The notes under the pieces were generated by a model. The model made no database searches and was not told the origin of the DNA. It worked only from the letters and a program-made list of their open reading frames with translations. A DNA stretch of 63,037 nucleotides, the filler included, from Sluysia triapertura (lineage: Eukaryota): assembly GCA_046118255.1 (NCBI GenBank). It is 4 parts of 4 records of this genome, joined end to end, with 100 filler letters (N's around TTAATTAATTAA, not from the genome) between each part and the next. Parts side by side here need not be neighbours in the genome. Positions count along the whole stretch, not along the records: positions 11,925 to 24,591 come from JBJNIA010091123.1; positions 24,692 to 37,575 come from JBJNIA010075162.1; 2 more parts are not named here. One strand, written 5' to 3'. Positions 13,201 to 25,279 of the stretch are shown here, one piece after another (position 1 is the stretch's first letter; every line of letters begins with the position of its first letter). The position numbers were made by a program, and so were the translations under genes.

Positions 13201-14208
13201 TCTTGAATTCCAAGAAACAATATTCTTCACTGTCAATATAGCGATATTTAAGTTGGAAAAGGTCAGATTAGTGTTGAAAATCCAGAAAAGGAACGGTTAC
13301 TGATTTTATTTTAAAATTACTTTAAAATATTGTGAATTTTATAACTAAATTTTCTTAAGTGTAGTCAAAATTTCATTTCATAAATTATTTCAATGATTTT
13401 TTCTTACTATTTTGATTATACGTGCAATCTTACTTTGTAATATATGAAATTTTAATATATAAAATAGTATTTAAATTTCAACCATCTTATATATCTTCAC
13501 AAAACGAGTTCCACAAATTCTTTTCTCTGCAATGGTCAAGTAGACTTGTGAAACGAGAATAAAATTTTTAAAAATAATTTATCGAAGAATTGTTCGGTTT
13601 TTATCGCCTTATTTGAATTGTGGATGAACAGTAAGGAAAAATAAAGAAAATTTCGAGAAATGCATAGATAAAACTAGAAAAAAATTTATTTGACTTGGTA
13701 AAAGAAATTGAAAGTCAATTCGATATTAATGAACCACCAATTAAGAAACCAAAATAGGAGGAGATTCGTAGATGTTCTAGAGAAAAGATACTAAAACAAC
13801 GTATAGCTTTTCGGAAGACCAAACTGTATATTCAAAACGTAAAATATATTTGTAATAACGTAGCGCATAATTTTTATGTTTTAAATAGTATTTTAATTGA
13901 ATAATTTCTTTGATTTATTTTGGGGGATATAAAAGCCTCTAAAAATATAGTTTAAGGTTTAACACCAAAATTCATAAAATTTCAACAATGAATAAATCAT
14001 AATTTAATATTAATAAAGATAAGTTAAGTTCAACTTAATTTCAAATCTTTAATTAAAAATATTTAATTCACTTTAACACGATAAATTGAATTAATACAAA
14101 CGAAACACGTTTAAGAAAAAACTTTATTACTTGATGTAACAATATTATTTATTTTAATAATTATTGTGCATATACAATTAATTAAAGTTAAATAAAGTAT
14201 ATTCTCAC

Positions 14209-14420
14209 CCGATGATATTTGCCTTTATCATTATTTATTTGCATCACTCTGCGAACTACATCTAAAGGATATGATACAGTTTGAGCAACTAAGCCTGCAA
14301 TACTACCACTAAGCAGATTTCCAAACACAGATAATTCTTTAGTTTCTGATTTCTGATCAATCAAAATGTTAAAATCTGACAGAACTGATTTCATAAGGTT
14401 AAATGTATAGAAAGAACAAC
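14209..14420 (-). CDS. Internal exon of a mitochondrial carrier, SLC25A16/SLC25A42 (CoA carrier)-like
   Basis: TTTCAG acceptor and GTGAG donor. (G)CSFYTFNLMKSV...NLLSGSIAGLVAQTVSYPLDVVRRVMQI contains the Px[DE]xx[KR]x carrier signature of repeat 3. No other exons were found. Confidence 0.75.
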
Positions 14421-17400
14421 CTGAAATATTTAATAATTATTAACTTGGTGTGCTGAAAAGACTGAGTCATTCTCTATTAATCCCTCAAATTTAAGTCAAA
14501 GTTTCATAAGTTATGCATAAATCGAAGTTAAAGAGTGTAAAAACAGGTGACAATTATTTTTATACTTCAGATCAAATGACAGCATTTGCTTTTCATTTTC
14601 TTCCAACACAACTTTCAAACGGATTTCCAAATTAACAAATTTTCTTTCAAGTTTGCAGATTATTCATCTTGAATAAATTAAATTTGTTTAAAATTCGAGT
14701 CATTAAATGTGAATAGGTCTTTAAAAACACATGTTCTTTATTTTCATTAGAACTCCGGTTAAATTTTCTCCACTTTGATTAATTCATTAACAAAAATTCA
14801 TTTTCAAAGAAAACATCATTCATCATAAGAATGAAAAACTAATATTCAAACAAATATTCCTTCAATATACATTTACTTATTATAGTGTCTAGAAAATTAC
14901 TGATTAACTGATAACTATTAACAAATTAACTGATTAGATACTTAGAAAATGTGTAATTCTCTAAAAACTACAAAAAATGCATTCATTATATTTTTAATTA
15001 TTTTAAAATTTGAATTATTTTGTGAGTTATAGAAACAATCATGAACTATGAACAGCTTAATCATTGTTATACAAATGATATAGCGACAACATCAAGTAAT
15101 TGTAAACCACTATTAAACTAATGGTTTTAGAAGTTTTAGATAATATCAGTTAATTAAAATTTAGTCAATGGAAACCAAAATGTATGAAAATTAAAAGATT
15201 GTTCATTTATTACTTTTGGAGTGCAAAAAATCAGTAGAATATAATACTTATCGAATCACAATGAAAATTAAATGCATACAATGGACGAATCAATTAATTT
15301 ATATAAGTCATCAAATAAACTTGGTTATTAATGTACCTTTGAATCTGATATCTTTCCTGCCGTAAGTTATTTAAAACGCAATCCTTTGTATGTCAATGTT
15401 TTTGTTAATGTTAAAATTAAAAATGTATAATTTGTTGATGTAGAAAAATTATAAATGATGTCACATTTATAATTGGATAATTTTAAGTTAAAAAACAAGT
15501 ATATAAATTAGTTTAATTAAAAAATCACTTTATTGCTTTTTATCAAGTTCGTTCAAATGTAAATAGTCCTTTTGGACCTATACAATAAATATCAAGTAGC
15601 TCTCCTAGATATAATCAAAATGAAAAGACTGCAGAGCACCGCAGAGTGTCGACAAATTATCGGACAATCTGAGTTCGACACATGGAAGTCATAATTGATT
15701 ATGAATGTATTCTGGACTTATAGGATAATCCTAATGATTGTACATTCTTAATCTTTATAAATGTCGAAAGCATTATTCAGATAATGTTAAATTTTCTCCG
15801 AAAATCAGAATTTTTGCAAAATAAATTTCTTTATTTTTTTGTTTTTAATATATTGAGGTTTAAAAATTTCTTTTATTCTGTACAGGTGTAGAGAATTGAT
15901 GTAGTCCATAAAATCATTTTAAATTATTGTTTATAGTAATAAATTTAAAGAAACTATAAACATTGTAAGAAATAACTAAACACCAAAAATAATTATAAAT
16001 AATAATAATAATAATAATAATACAATGTCCAGATAACGAACACCATGCGAATTTAGAACACAAATATGACACAAACAGAATCATACAAATACTTTAATAT
16101 GAGAGCAAGTAATCATAAATTTTACATGGCGCACATATAAGAAATCAAAAAAGTTATAAAAATAAATCGACAAGTTGGCATAATCACAACTGAAAGTTCA
16201 CGTCCATTTTCTTATAATACTGTAACTTAAAAATTACCATAATTAAAAAAGTTAGGCTCATATGTAATACTTGAAAGTAGTGATGACGTAACGACATTGA
16301 TAATTTTCATATTCCAAGATACGTAAACGATATCGTAATTATTGCAGAATCTAACTGAAGTTCAAATCTATCACCACAATTATTAACAAATTATAAAACC
16401 TGCAGTACGTAAAACAATACTAATATCCTCTCAATTACTTGAAGCCAAATTAGTATAAATAAAAAGAAGCTTTTAACTTTTATTTATTCGTATATAGAGT
16501 ATCCCCATACACTGCTCCTGAATTAATTCTAAGGTGTAATGATTTTCAGTACAGGAAAATGAAGTTTCTCAAACAATCACTGGATAATTTTAAAAAAATC
16601 TAAATAAATGTATGTTTCTTTAGATTTATTATAGACATGTTATAAGTTAAGTTTAAAAATTGATTTAAATAATGCAATTGTTTAATACTAAATAATACTA
16701 AATTGCAGGCAAAGCGATAATGGAACAACAGATTTTGTATAAGTTTAAAAATAAATTTAACAAAATATTTTGTCATGAGTGGAAGCAGAATTAGCTCAAA
16801 CCGAAATTTTTAAACTAAAAAAATTAAAATAATTTATGGTTTTGACGAAAATTTGTCAAGCGGGAAACAAAAATATAATGTAATCATTATTGATAGTTTA
16901 TACTAAGCTGATAAACAGAATAATTTTAAGAATTTATTCACTAAAATTCATCAATGTGGTAATCATCGAACTCGAAATTTAAATGTACATAATTTTATAT
17001 TTAAAAATTCGACAAATTATTTTTATAAATGTTTGTGCGATGCAAAAAATGCTTGTTTTAGATTTTACACGAATATGTTCTAATGATATGAGTATATCTC
17101 TACTGATATTTTTAATTCAAAAGGAACTACATATCATAAACAATATACTAAATAATGTATTTATTACTTTTAAGTAATTTTAAAAAGCTTGAGTTAAACT
17201 TAATATTAAACTTAATTAAACTTAAATATTTAATTTCGATTCTGTTGCAATAAGTTGAAACAAAAAATTGAAATTTCAGCTTGTTTGTGCATTTTTATAG
17301 CACAAAAAATTTCTTAGACTTACAATTTCAAAATAATTTCCTTCACTTGTAATTTGACTTAATTAATATTGATAAAATAACTGCTGGTAAAATAAATGTT

Positions 17401-17569
17401 AATGAATCAAAAATGAAGCAAACATTGAAATATAAAAATACACTTATTTGTTTAAAAAATGCAAGTCCAAGACAAGAAATTTACAAAGTGCTGGATTTGT
17501 TGGTACTGTAATATAATATTCAACTTTTTATTTTAATTCTTAATTTTTCAAATTTTCAAATTGAATCTA

Positions 17570-17950
17570 AAATTTATTTAATAAAATTATTTTAAAGTAA
17601 AATCAAAATCATTATTATTAAGATTATAATGCTTTATATCAATTTAAAATGAGATTTAATAGAGTTAGATAAATTCAAAATTTAATAACAAATAGTAATC
17701 AGTTTAAGTTGAAATCAAACAAATTATATAAAGACAGTGTAACATGAAGATCATTCTAATGCGAGAATAAAAATTATATTAAGTTGAAACTTAAGAAAAA
17801 TTAATAACATATTTTCGATAAAAATTAATTTAAATAAAAGATTGAGCAGAGTAGAGAGAATAATGTTATATCAAAATTAAAAGCATTATAATCGAGAAAA
17901 ATTATATTAAAATAAAAATATAAATTATATGTAATCAGAATTCATTAACA
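17570..17950 (+). repeat. AT-rich dispersed repeat (direct copy at 21840-22270)
   Basis: Shared blocks taagattataatgc, aatagagttag, aaaatttaataacaaata, agagagaataatgttata, aaagcattataatcgagaaaa. Confidence 0.75.
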
Positions 17951-18759
17951 TATTATTTAGATGGATGATATTTGCCATTCAAAAATTATTAATTATTATT
18001 GTATAACATATTGATATTATTGAAATTATTATTATAGTAATTAATAAAATTATATATCAACAGAATTAAAGTGTTAATGGAATTTATTAATACTAACGAA
18101 ACACTGGTTATTAACAAATTATTATTACATATTAAAATTTATAATTATTATTGTAGTGATTAACAGAAATTATTAGTAAAATTATTACTGGAAAACTACT
18201 ATAAATAGCTGCGAAAAGAAAAATTCTAATAATAATAAATAAAAGACACATACATAAGAAATATATAGTGAAAGACAAAAATCTATTGTGGACGATATTT
18301 AGATGACAAATTTATTTCAAGAGCGATCGAGTATATTGAACAAATCTAACTGATTGAAATTGAGTGATCCGGTTATTATTTAGAACGGAAACAAACTGTA
18401 TTGAGCAGAATTATTAAGTGATCATCAGAATAAAATTTCGAAAGTGAGTGACAAATAATACATCTGCCACCTAAAAATTAAACTTAGTAAATATTGATAA
18501 TTTTAATTTCATTAGTATAGTTAAATTTACACTTTTATTTTTGCTAAATATCTAAAAAATTTATTCTAATACCTATAATTGTCTATAACTTTAATATTAA
18601 TAATCTACACTCATTTAATTGCTGCTAGCATTCTTATTATTTTATATATTTGTATTTCTTTCGACGTATTTAAATAATAAATTTTAATAAACGTGTTTCT
18701 TTTAATTGTGATTAACTAAACTCTAAAGAAAGTCAAAGAATACAACCTAAAAAAGGAAT

Positions 18760-20063
18760 AATTTTAATTGTAATTGAGGCTGAGTTAAAATCCTGTTAAT
18801 TAAGTAAGAGACACACTACAATAACGTTCATTTGAGGTAAATTCACCTGAGTATCGTTTACTAATTGATAATTTAGAAGTAGAACTACTTGCATTTCCAT
18901 TCCACGTTATCTGAACGAGTATCCGAGCTCACACTTCTAGCTCAAATAAAGCTAGAGCATAAGTATTACTTAAATAGTAAAACTATAAAGAGTTTAAGCT
19001 GTTATTAACGAATAATAATAAAAATAAGAATATGTAAACCATCATTGAAAATTAAGTATATATTGACCCGAGTTGAGAATTCATCGTGAAGTAGTTTAAG
19101 AATATTGAAAAGTGGTAATATTTTGTAAAGTTTACTTTTATCATAAGTTTAGATAAAGTATGTGAGTACATAGAAAGTTATTGACATAAGAAAGTATTCG
19201 GAGTCGTTTCAAAAAAGTAATATAAAGTATTGAATAATTCAACAGTATGATAACAATGGATATAATTATTAAAATAATATATACAATTTCTTTATCATTA
19301 ATTTTATTGAAGTGTTGAAAATAGTACTTAAGGTAGTTTTAAGGTCAGTAAAATCACGAAAATTAAAATTTAAAACTTGTTTTACTTCGATATTCAAATA
19401 AAAAATAACTAATACGCTGAAAAACAATTATTTTTAACTAATTCAATAAGCATTAAATAAGAATAAAGTTCGTTTGAGATGGCCCACTTATCAAGCTTCA
19501 AGATCAATTCACATTCATTAGGATGGTACACACGACAATCCTGCATAATATTTTCTCTCATAATACATCTCAATTCATTTGATAAGACAAGAATCATTCG
19601 TCAGAGTTCAAATTTTGCAATTGATATTCGTTAATAAACAATATTATTTGAAATACAGAATTTAAATTAAATTTAGACATATAAAACATAAATTTCGAAT
19701 TTGAATCAACTATTAAGTCAAACATACGAGTTAAATCGCCATCAGAACTTAATAAAAACTGTAAATCAATTTGATTAAAAAATTTATCGAGATATAGTGG
19801 TCTGTTTCCAAAAGAATCACTATTGTTCATTTTCGAATAACAATACACATCTTCAGACTCAGATGGCACTTTAACTACTTCAGATTCTTTATGTGAAACT
19901 AGGCGAACACTGTTAGATATTTCCAAATGATTATTGTCATAACAGCATCTTGTCTAAAGAAACTACATCTTCTCTTTTAACCAATATTGTCGCTTTCGAG
20001 GCTTTACAGCCATTTAATTTAAACATACTGATAATACGACAATTTTCATTTAAAATAGTCAAT
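18760..20063 (-). pseudogene. Unknown 'gene X' (copy 3, 5'-truncated)
   Basis: Includes ORFs 19594..19926 and 19409..19597. DNA GATAAGACAAGAAT (19581-19594) and GTCAGAGT (19600-19607) recur at 39880-39893 and 39901-39908. Protein blocks KREDV, DLTRMFDLI, FLSYQ/NEL..IMRE, ISNELY, NILKLLHDEF and RVNIY are collinear with the other copies. Confidence 0.6.
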
Positions 20064-20103
20064 ACTGGTCCTCTTTTAGAGCGTGGGTTCAAATCCCACT
20101 CCC
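20064..20103 (+). pseudogene. 3' half of a tRNA-Leu-like sequence (tRNA fragment or SINE head)
   Basis: ctggtcctcttttagagcgtgggttcaaatcccact gives a long variable arm, a T-stem GTGGG/CCCAC and a B-box-like GGTTCAAATCC. The 5' half and anticodon are missing. Confidence 0.45.
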
Positions 20104-20190
20104 AATTTTGCGATATGGTCGGGTTGCTGGGGCGTAAAATAGATATAATAGGTAATAGATATAATTATTATGGCATCACTTCCTGGTGGA

Positions 20191-21066
20191 TTAACCTTTC
20201 GCCGCCACTGGGACCAATTGGTCCCACTCGTATTTCTGCATGTTTCTCAGGCTTAAGCAGGTCATGTTACATATTGTTTTAGAGGATTAAATAAGGATAA
20301 TCGTTTCTGCTTTTAAAGTGTGTGCACAAAGTTATTTCAATTATACCACCATTTTGTGAGAAAAATATTTGAATCAAATAAAATAAGTGAAAATATTATA
20401 AAGTCTAAAGTTATTATCGATTACAACAAACACATGAATGCAGTCGATAAGGTTGATATGCAGATGTCCTTTTCTGAGCGCATTCGTAAATCTGTCAAGT
20501 GGTACAAGGTGTTTTTCATTTTCTTGATCTTTCTGTCTTCAATTATTATGCCATTCACTCAAAAAACAACAAATTGCACTCATATAAACTGGAGTTAGTA
20601 AGAAAGATTTTTCAGAAATATAATGCTTACCGAGAAATTCATTCAGTTCAGTGACCGCTTATCCCAAGACCGACCTCCAAGACTCATTGGGAGACATTTT
20701 CATAGTTTGAATTCAAGCAATGACAGTAGAACCAATCGTAGACGTTGCCGCGTATGTAGTGCCAGAGGAAGAAAGGCGAGAACAATTTATATGTGCGAAA
20801 GTTGTGAAAACAGAGTGTCTCTGTGCGTGCCTGATTGCTTTAGAACATTCCACACTATATTACACTTTGGTAGAGAATAAATTAACCAATTTTCACATTT
20901 ATGCTATTTTATTTAAAATTCATGAAAAATTATGCATTTTTTCATTAATTTTGAAATTAACACTAACGCAAGTGGCGCCAGCTTTTTAATGGATTTTCTC
21001 ACATATACAATCTCTCAAATAAATTTATGTTCGCAAAAAGGCACTCACCGGCGGTTAAAGGGTTAA
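20191..21066 (+). mobile_element. Internally deleted piggyBac transposon
   Basis: TTAA at both ends; imperfect TIRs CCTTTCGCCGCC / CCCTTTAACCGCC; subterminal palindrome TGGGACCAATTGGTCCCA (20209-20226); transposase C-terminus inside. Confidence 0.85.
20380..20880 (+). pseudogene. piggyBac transposase C-terminal remnant with cysteine-rich domain
   Basis: DYNKHMNAVDKVDMQMS...RKSVKWYK (third catalytic Asp region) and RRCRVC...YMCESC..VSLCVPDCFRTFH; frameshifted. Confidence 0.9.
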
Positions 21067-21173
21067 TATGTCGCGAATTGGGATAAACAATAATTAATTA
21101 TTAATTACAAGTAAGGGCTTTATATTATATAGTTTACATAATATAAATTTCAGTACGAAATAAGATTGAATTA

Positions 21174-21655
21174 ATGGAAAATCAGAAAAAGACGAAGATA
21201 AAGTCGATCGAAATATGGTTTAATCCAAAAACTCAGTTTGTTACACAGGAGTAGAAAAGCTAGCAAAAAAGATAAATGAAAAGATATCAAGTTGATTGAG
21301 GTATCAGTTGGAATACTTACTTAACAAACCAATGAGGCAAAAAATGTTCAACATGTAGATAAAAAAAGAAGGGCCAAATGGAACTAATTTTGTAGAAATA
21401 TGACCGAAATGTAATTTAACGGAAATAATTCCATGTTCAAAAATTAATAATGGTTCCAAATATATTTTAAATAGTGTTGTGTTTTCAAGATTTACAAGAG
21501 CAGTTCCAGATAAATGAAAGAGTAGTAAAGATATTAGTGAAGCAGTATCAATATTAATTAATAACAAGCCTATAAATTTTCAAATTAATCTAGGTAAATA
21601 ATTTTACAATAAAAATGTAAAAAAAGTATTAGAAAAACATGGAATTAAGAATTAG
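21174..21655 (+). pseudogene. Polinton/Maverick-type retroviral-like integrase, decayed N-terminal and core part
   Basis: WFNP../YTGVEKLAK..*LRYQLEYLLNKP..CNLTEI..SKINNGSKYILN..VFSRFTRAVP..KSSKDISEA..PINFQINLGK*FYNKNVKKVLEKHGI. This follows the Polinton integrase pattern YYDP..GVEKL..WL..Q..Y.LHKP..DL.DM..N.GYKYIL..IDVFS..A.A.P.K.K..P..LQTD.GKEFYN. Several stops. Confidence 0.8.
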
Positions 21656-21839
21656 TTGAACGATTTAATCGTAATATAAATTACAGATTAAAAAATTTTA
21701 CAAAATAAGGTAATAAAAAATGGATTGATGTATTACTTAGTATAAATGATGCATATAATTGTGACATAATATTTAACTTTTTATTCTTAAATTTTCATTT
21801 TTAATTTTTTCAATTATTTACGAAAATCTACAAATTATT

Positions 21840-22270
21840 TAATTTAATAAATAAAATTATTGTAAAGTAAAAAATTAAAATCATTATCATTAAGATTATA
21901 ATGCGTTAATAAAATGAGTTTTAATAGAGTTAGTATAAATTTAAAATTTAATAACAAATAATAATCAGTTCAAATTGAAATTAAATAAATTGTTATTTTA
22001 AAATGAGATTCTTTTAAGAACATGAAAATCATTCTAATATGAGAATACAATTACATTAAATTGAGATCGAATAAAAGCAGTACATAATTAAAAATTAATA
22101 ATATTCTCGATTGAAATTAATTTAAATTAAAGATTAGGCAAAACAGAGAGAATAATGTTATAGTAAATTTAAAAGCATTATAATCGAGAAAAATCATATT
22201 AAAATGAGAATAAATATAAAATAAATAAATATGAGAATAAATAAATATAAATATACAATTAAAATTTAAT
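21840..22270 (+). repeat. AT-rich dispersed repeat (copy of 17570-17950)
   Basis: Same shared blocks as the 17570 copy. Confidence 0.75.
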
Positions 22271-22719
22271 AACAATTTCAAGCAAAATAATAATCACACA
22301 ATGTTTACATATTACTTACTTATTATTTAATAAAATAATACTTAGTACTTATTATTTATACCAAAAAATTATTACCTAATACGTATAGTAATTATTATTT
22401 TTACTTATTATTTGTAATTATTATCTATACAGTAATTATTATTCATCGATGTGCATGGTAGTTATTATAACTGTATAAATTTATTAAGTATTAGAAGAAA
22501 TTAAAGTCAGATATAAATAGATAAAATTTTGTATATAAACACACACCAAAATGTGGGAGAATTATGTTAACTACATTATACGGGAAAAAAATTGAATAAC
22601 TAAAAGGAGTAAAAGATTAGAAGTTGTTACAAAAGAAAACTGCTATCTTACCAGAATTTTGCATTAATCAACTGATGAGAAAACGCGTAACTACTACGGG
22701 ACGTTTCGAGTGATTATTT

Positions 22720-23296
22720 TCCAGAAGACGCTAAACATAGTGTGATTGAATTTAATGTATTAATCGTAATTAATCCCTCAGATTCTAGATATAACATGCG
22801 AAAAAGCCCATAAAGAATTTATTAAATTTTTATTATATTAAAATCCTTCTCAATTTTAATTGATCTTATGTTTGACAATTTGCATATTTTGATATTTTTT
22901 CATTTAGAGCATATTGATTTCTGATAAAATTTTCATCTGTATTCCTTGCACGTGTAATCAGTGATTCTTTTAAAAATGTAGTTTAATGATGCAATTTATT
23001 ATTGAGATGGATATTTTAATGAAAATGTATCAATCAGTTTACGTTTAATAAATTCAAGAGTGATTGAAACATCTTCATTTAATTTGATATAATTTGAGAT
23101 TTGAGGAGTAATTTTTAATCATTGGACTTCTTCTACTTATTGTATTAATGCGGCCATCTATTAAATATAACTTAACAATTAAAGCGAGTGTTTTTTGATT
23201 GATATTGAAATCATTTGCAATGTTTATAATTTGTGCACCATTTTCATATCTTATAATTTCTAGTCTAATTTCATTTGCTATTCTTATATTCGGCAT
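22720..23296 (-). mobile_element. IS630/Tc1-like transposase remnant
   Basis: HTH-like N-terminus (IANDFNINQKTLALIVKLYLIDGRI), then ITLEFIKRKLIDTF, FKRIT and FNKFFMGFF in broken frames. Confidence 0.55.
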
Positions 23297-23419
23297 ATTT
23301 TTTGGTTAAGAATTAAATACATTTTTTAATTGTTTTATTATAATGCTTAAATTATTTGACCCATGGATTAAATTATATGAAAAAATATGTAAATATAACT
23401 CTCACAGTTAATATTTCAT

Positions 23420-23960
23420 CCAATCCAACTCTGGGACGCCATATATTAGGAAAGAAACTGCGGTGGTCAAACTCATTACATCTGACTTTATTACAAAATT
23501 GTAATGCTTAAAAATTAACAAAATTCCCAATCCAAATCACATAATCATTAAACATTTCAGTCTTTCTTATATTCTATATCTTTAAATCTTCACAATAAGG
23601 AAATCACGTCATTCAATCAACATTTTAAACCTTAAATCACTTAACAATAACATTCAGATATAATTCATCCACAAACTCAAATAATTCAAATGAATACTAT
23701 ATCAAAGCAAAAGTACAATGTAACTCGTTGAATCCATTTCATATTCACGTTTCTAGAACAATATTTCACAAAAAAATTAACATTTTACAATACCTAATTC
23801 ATTTAACGAACTCATCTCACAGATCATCAAAAATTCAAACAAATTATAATTTCATATTACTAAAATGCTACTGCAACATAATTTACTTCGTATCACGCGT
23901 TCACAAATCACGAAATAATCCCTTATTCATACGGCAGATCATTTAAGAAGAATTAAACAT
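23420..23960 (-). mobile_element. Probable non-LTR (CR1/L2-like) reverse transcriptase remnant
   Basis: YGVPE near 23430 (GVPQGS-like) and LINE-like strand composition; heavily decayed. Confidence 0.3.
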
Positions 23961-24750
23961 AAGACAGAAAGAGTATTTCACAACTTTCATATATTTGTAA
24001 TGATTTGTGATTGTAACCGATTTGTACTTTGACACTTTGATTTATACATTGATTGTTGTAATATAATGAACAATGGATATATTAATATTGTTAATTGTTG
24101 ATTTTTTACATTAATAATGATTTTTTAATTTCGGATTTTTCAAAAAAAATGTAAGTAATTTTTAAATTTTAAAATTGTTTTTAATGAAATTGTTATTTTT
24201 TTAAAAAATGTTAAAATTAACGAAAAGTGTTTTAATTTAATAATTAAAATAATTTGTTTTAGTCTGGCCAAGGTCAATTTTTTTACACAATAATTGTACA
24301 CGTATTAGTACGCATATTTTGGTAGTTGCAAGTTTTTTGGAGACAGTTCAATTTTCTGTTATTTGACAAATTTATTAGAGAACATTTTATTTTAATTTTA
24401 AAAGGATCACGTTAGTTTAATTATTTTAAGATTTGATATATTTATATCATACGTAAATGTGGTGTCACGCTTATTAATAATTTTGTTACTCTTTACATCC
24501 ATATAATTCCAGATCCAACCTTTTCATGTCATCTTCACTTTCCTACATCCGCATAAACTACAAATAACACTATAAATAAAAAATTAAAATCNNNNNNNNN
24601 NNNNNNNNNNNNNNNNNNNNNNNNNNNNNNNNNNNTTAATTAATTAANNNNNNNNNNNNNNNNNNNNNNNNNNNNNNNNNNNNNNNNNNNNGCTGCCTAC
24701 GTAAACCACTTTTATTAACAACCCTATTCTATGGGACGATTTTAGAAAGG

Positions 24751-24751
<1 letters not shown>

Positions 24752-24792
<41 letters not shown>
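24752..24792. repeat. (TA)n microsatellite
   Basis: Perfect dinucleotide run. Confidence 0.95.
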
Positions 24793-24794
<2 letters not shown>

Positions 24795-25240
24795 GTCCAT
24801 TTTAATCATTAATTTAAATGTTAGATATATCTATATATTCGTACACTAATGGTTAAAGATTTTTAGTATATTTCGATTGAACAACCGTAAACCTAATAAA
24901 TTAAACCAACTTCTGGAAATGTTTCTAATAAGCACTTATTATTGGCTTATGTGACATATGAAACAAATACATTAAATGTTAGTTTATAGTTTATTATCAA
25001 ATATTAAGTTCCTTCTTAAATTTATTACAGTTTTTGTTTACAATCGAACATATAAAATAATTATTATCATAATGATAATAATATTGTATAGTTAAATAAA
25101 ATCCATCAATTAAATCATTTTTGTTTACCCGAATAATCCATTTTATTTAGATGAGAGAGGAGTGGAATATCTTGATGGATTTAGTTAAATATCTCATGTT
25201 ATTATTGCAATTATTATTATCATAATTGTTACAATTATTT

Positions 25241-25279
<39 letters not shown>

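Noticed and set aside
19950-20282. 110-aa plus-strand ORF
   Set aside because: Chance read-through across gene X antisense, the tRNA-like fragment and the piggyBac left end.
21304-21567. 87-aa minus-strand ORF
   Set aside because: Antisense shadow of the Polinton-type integrase pseudogene.
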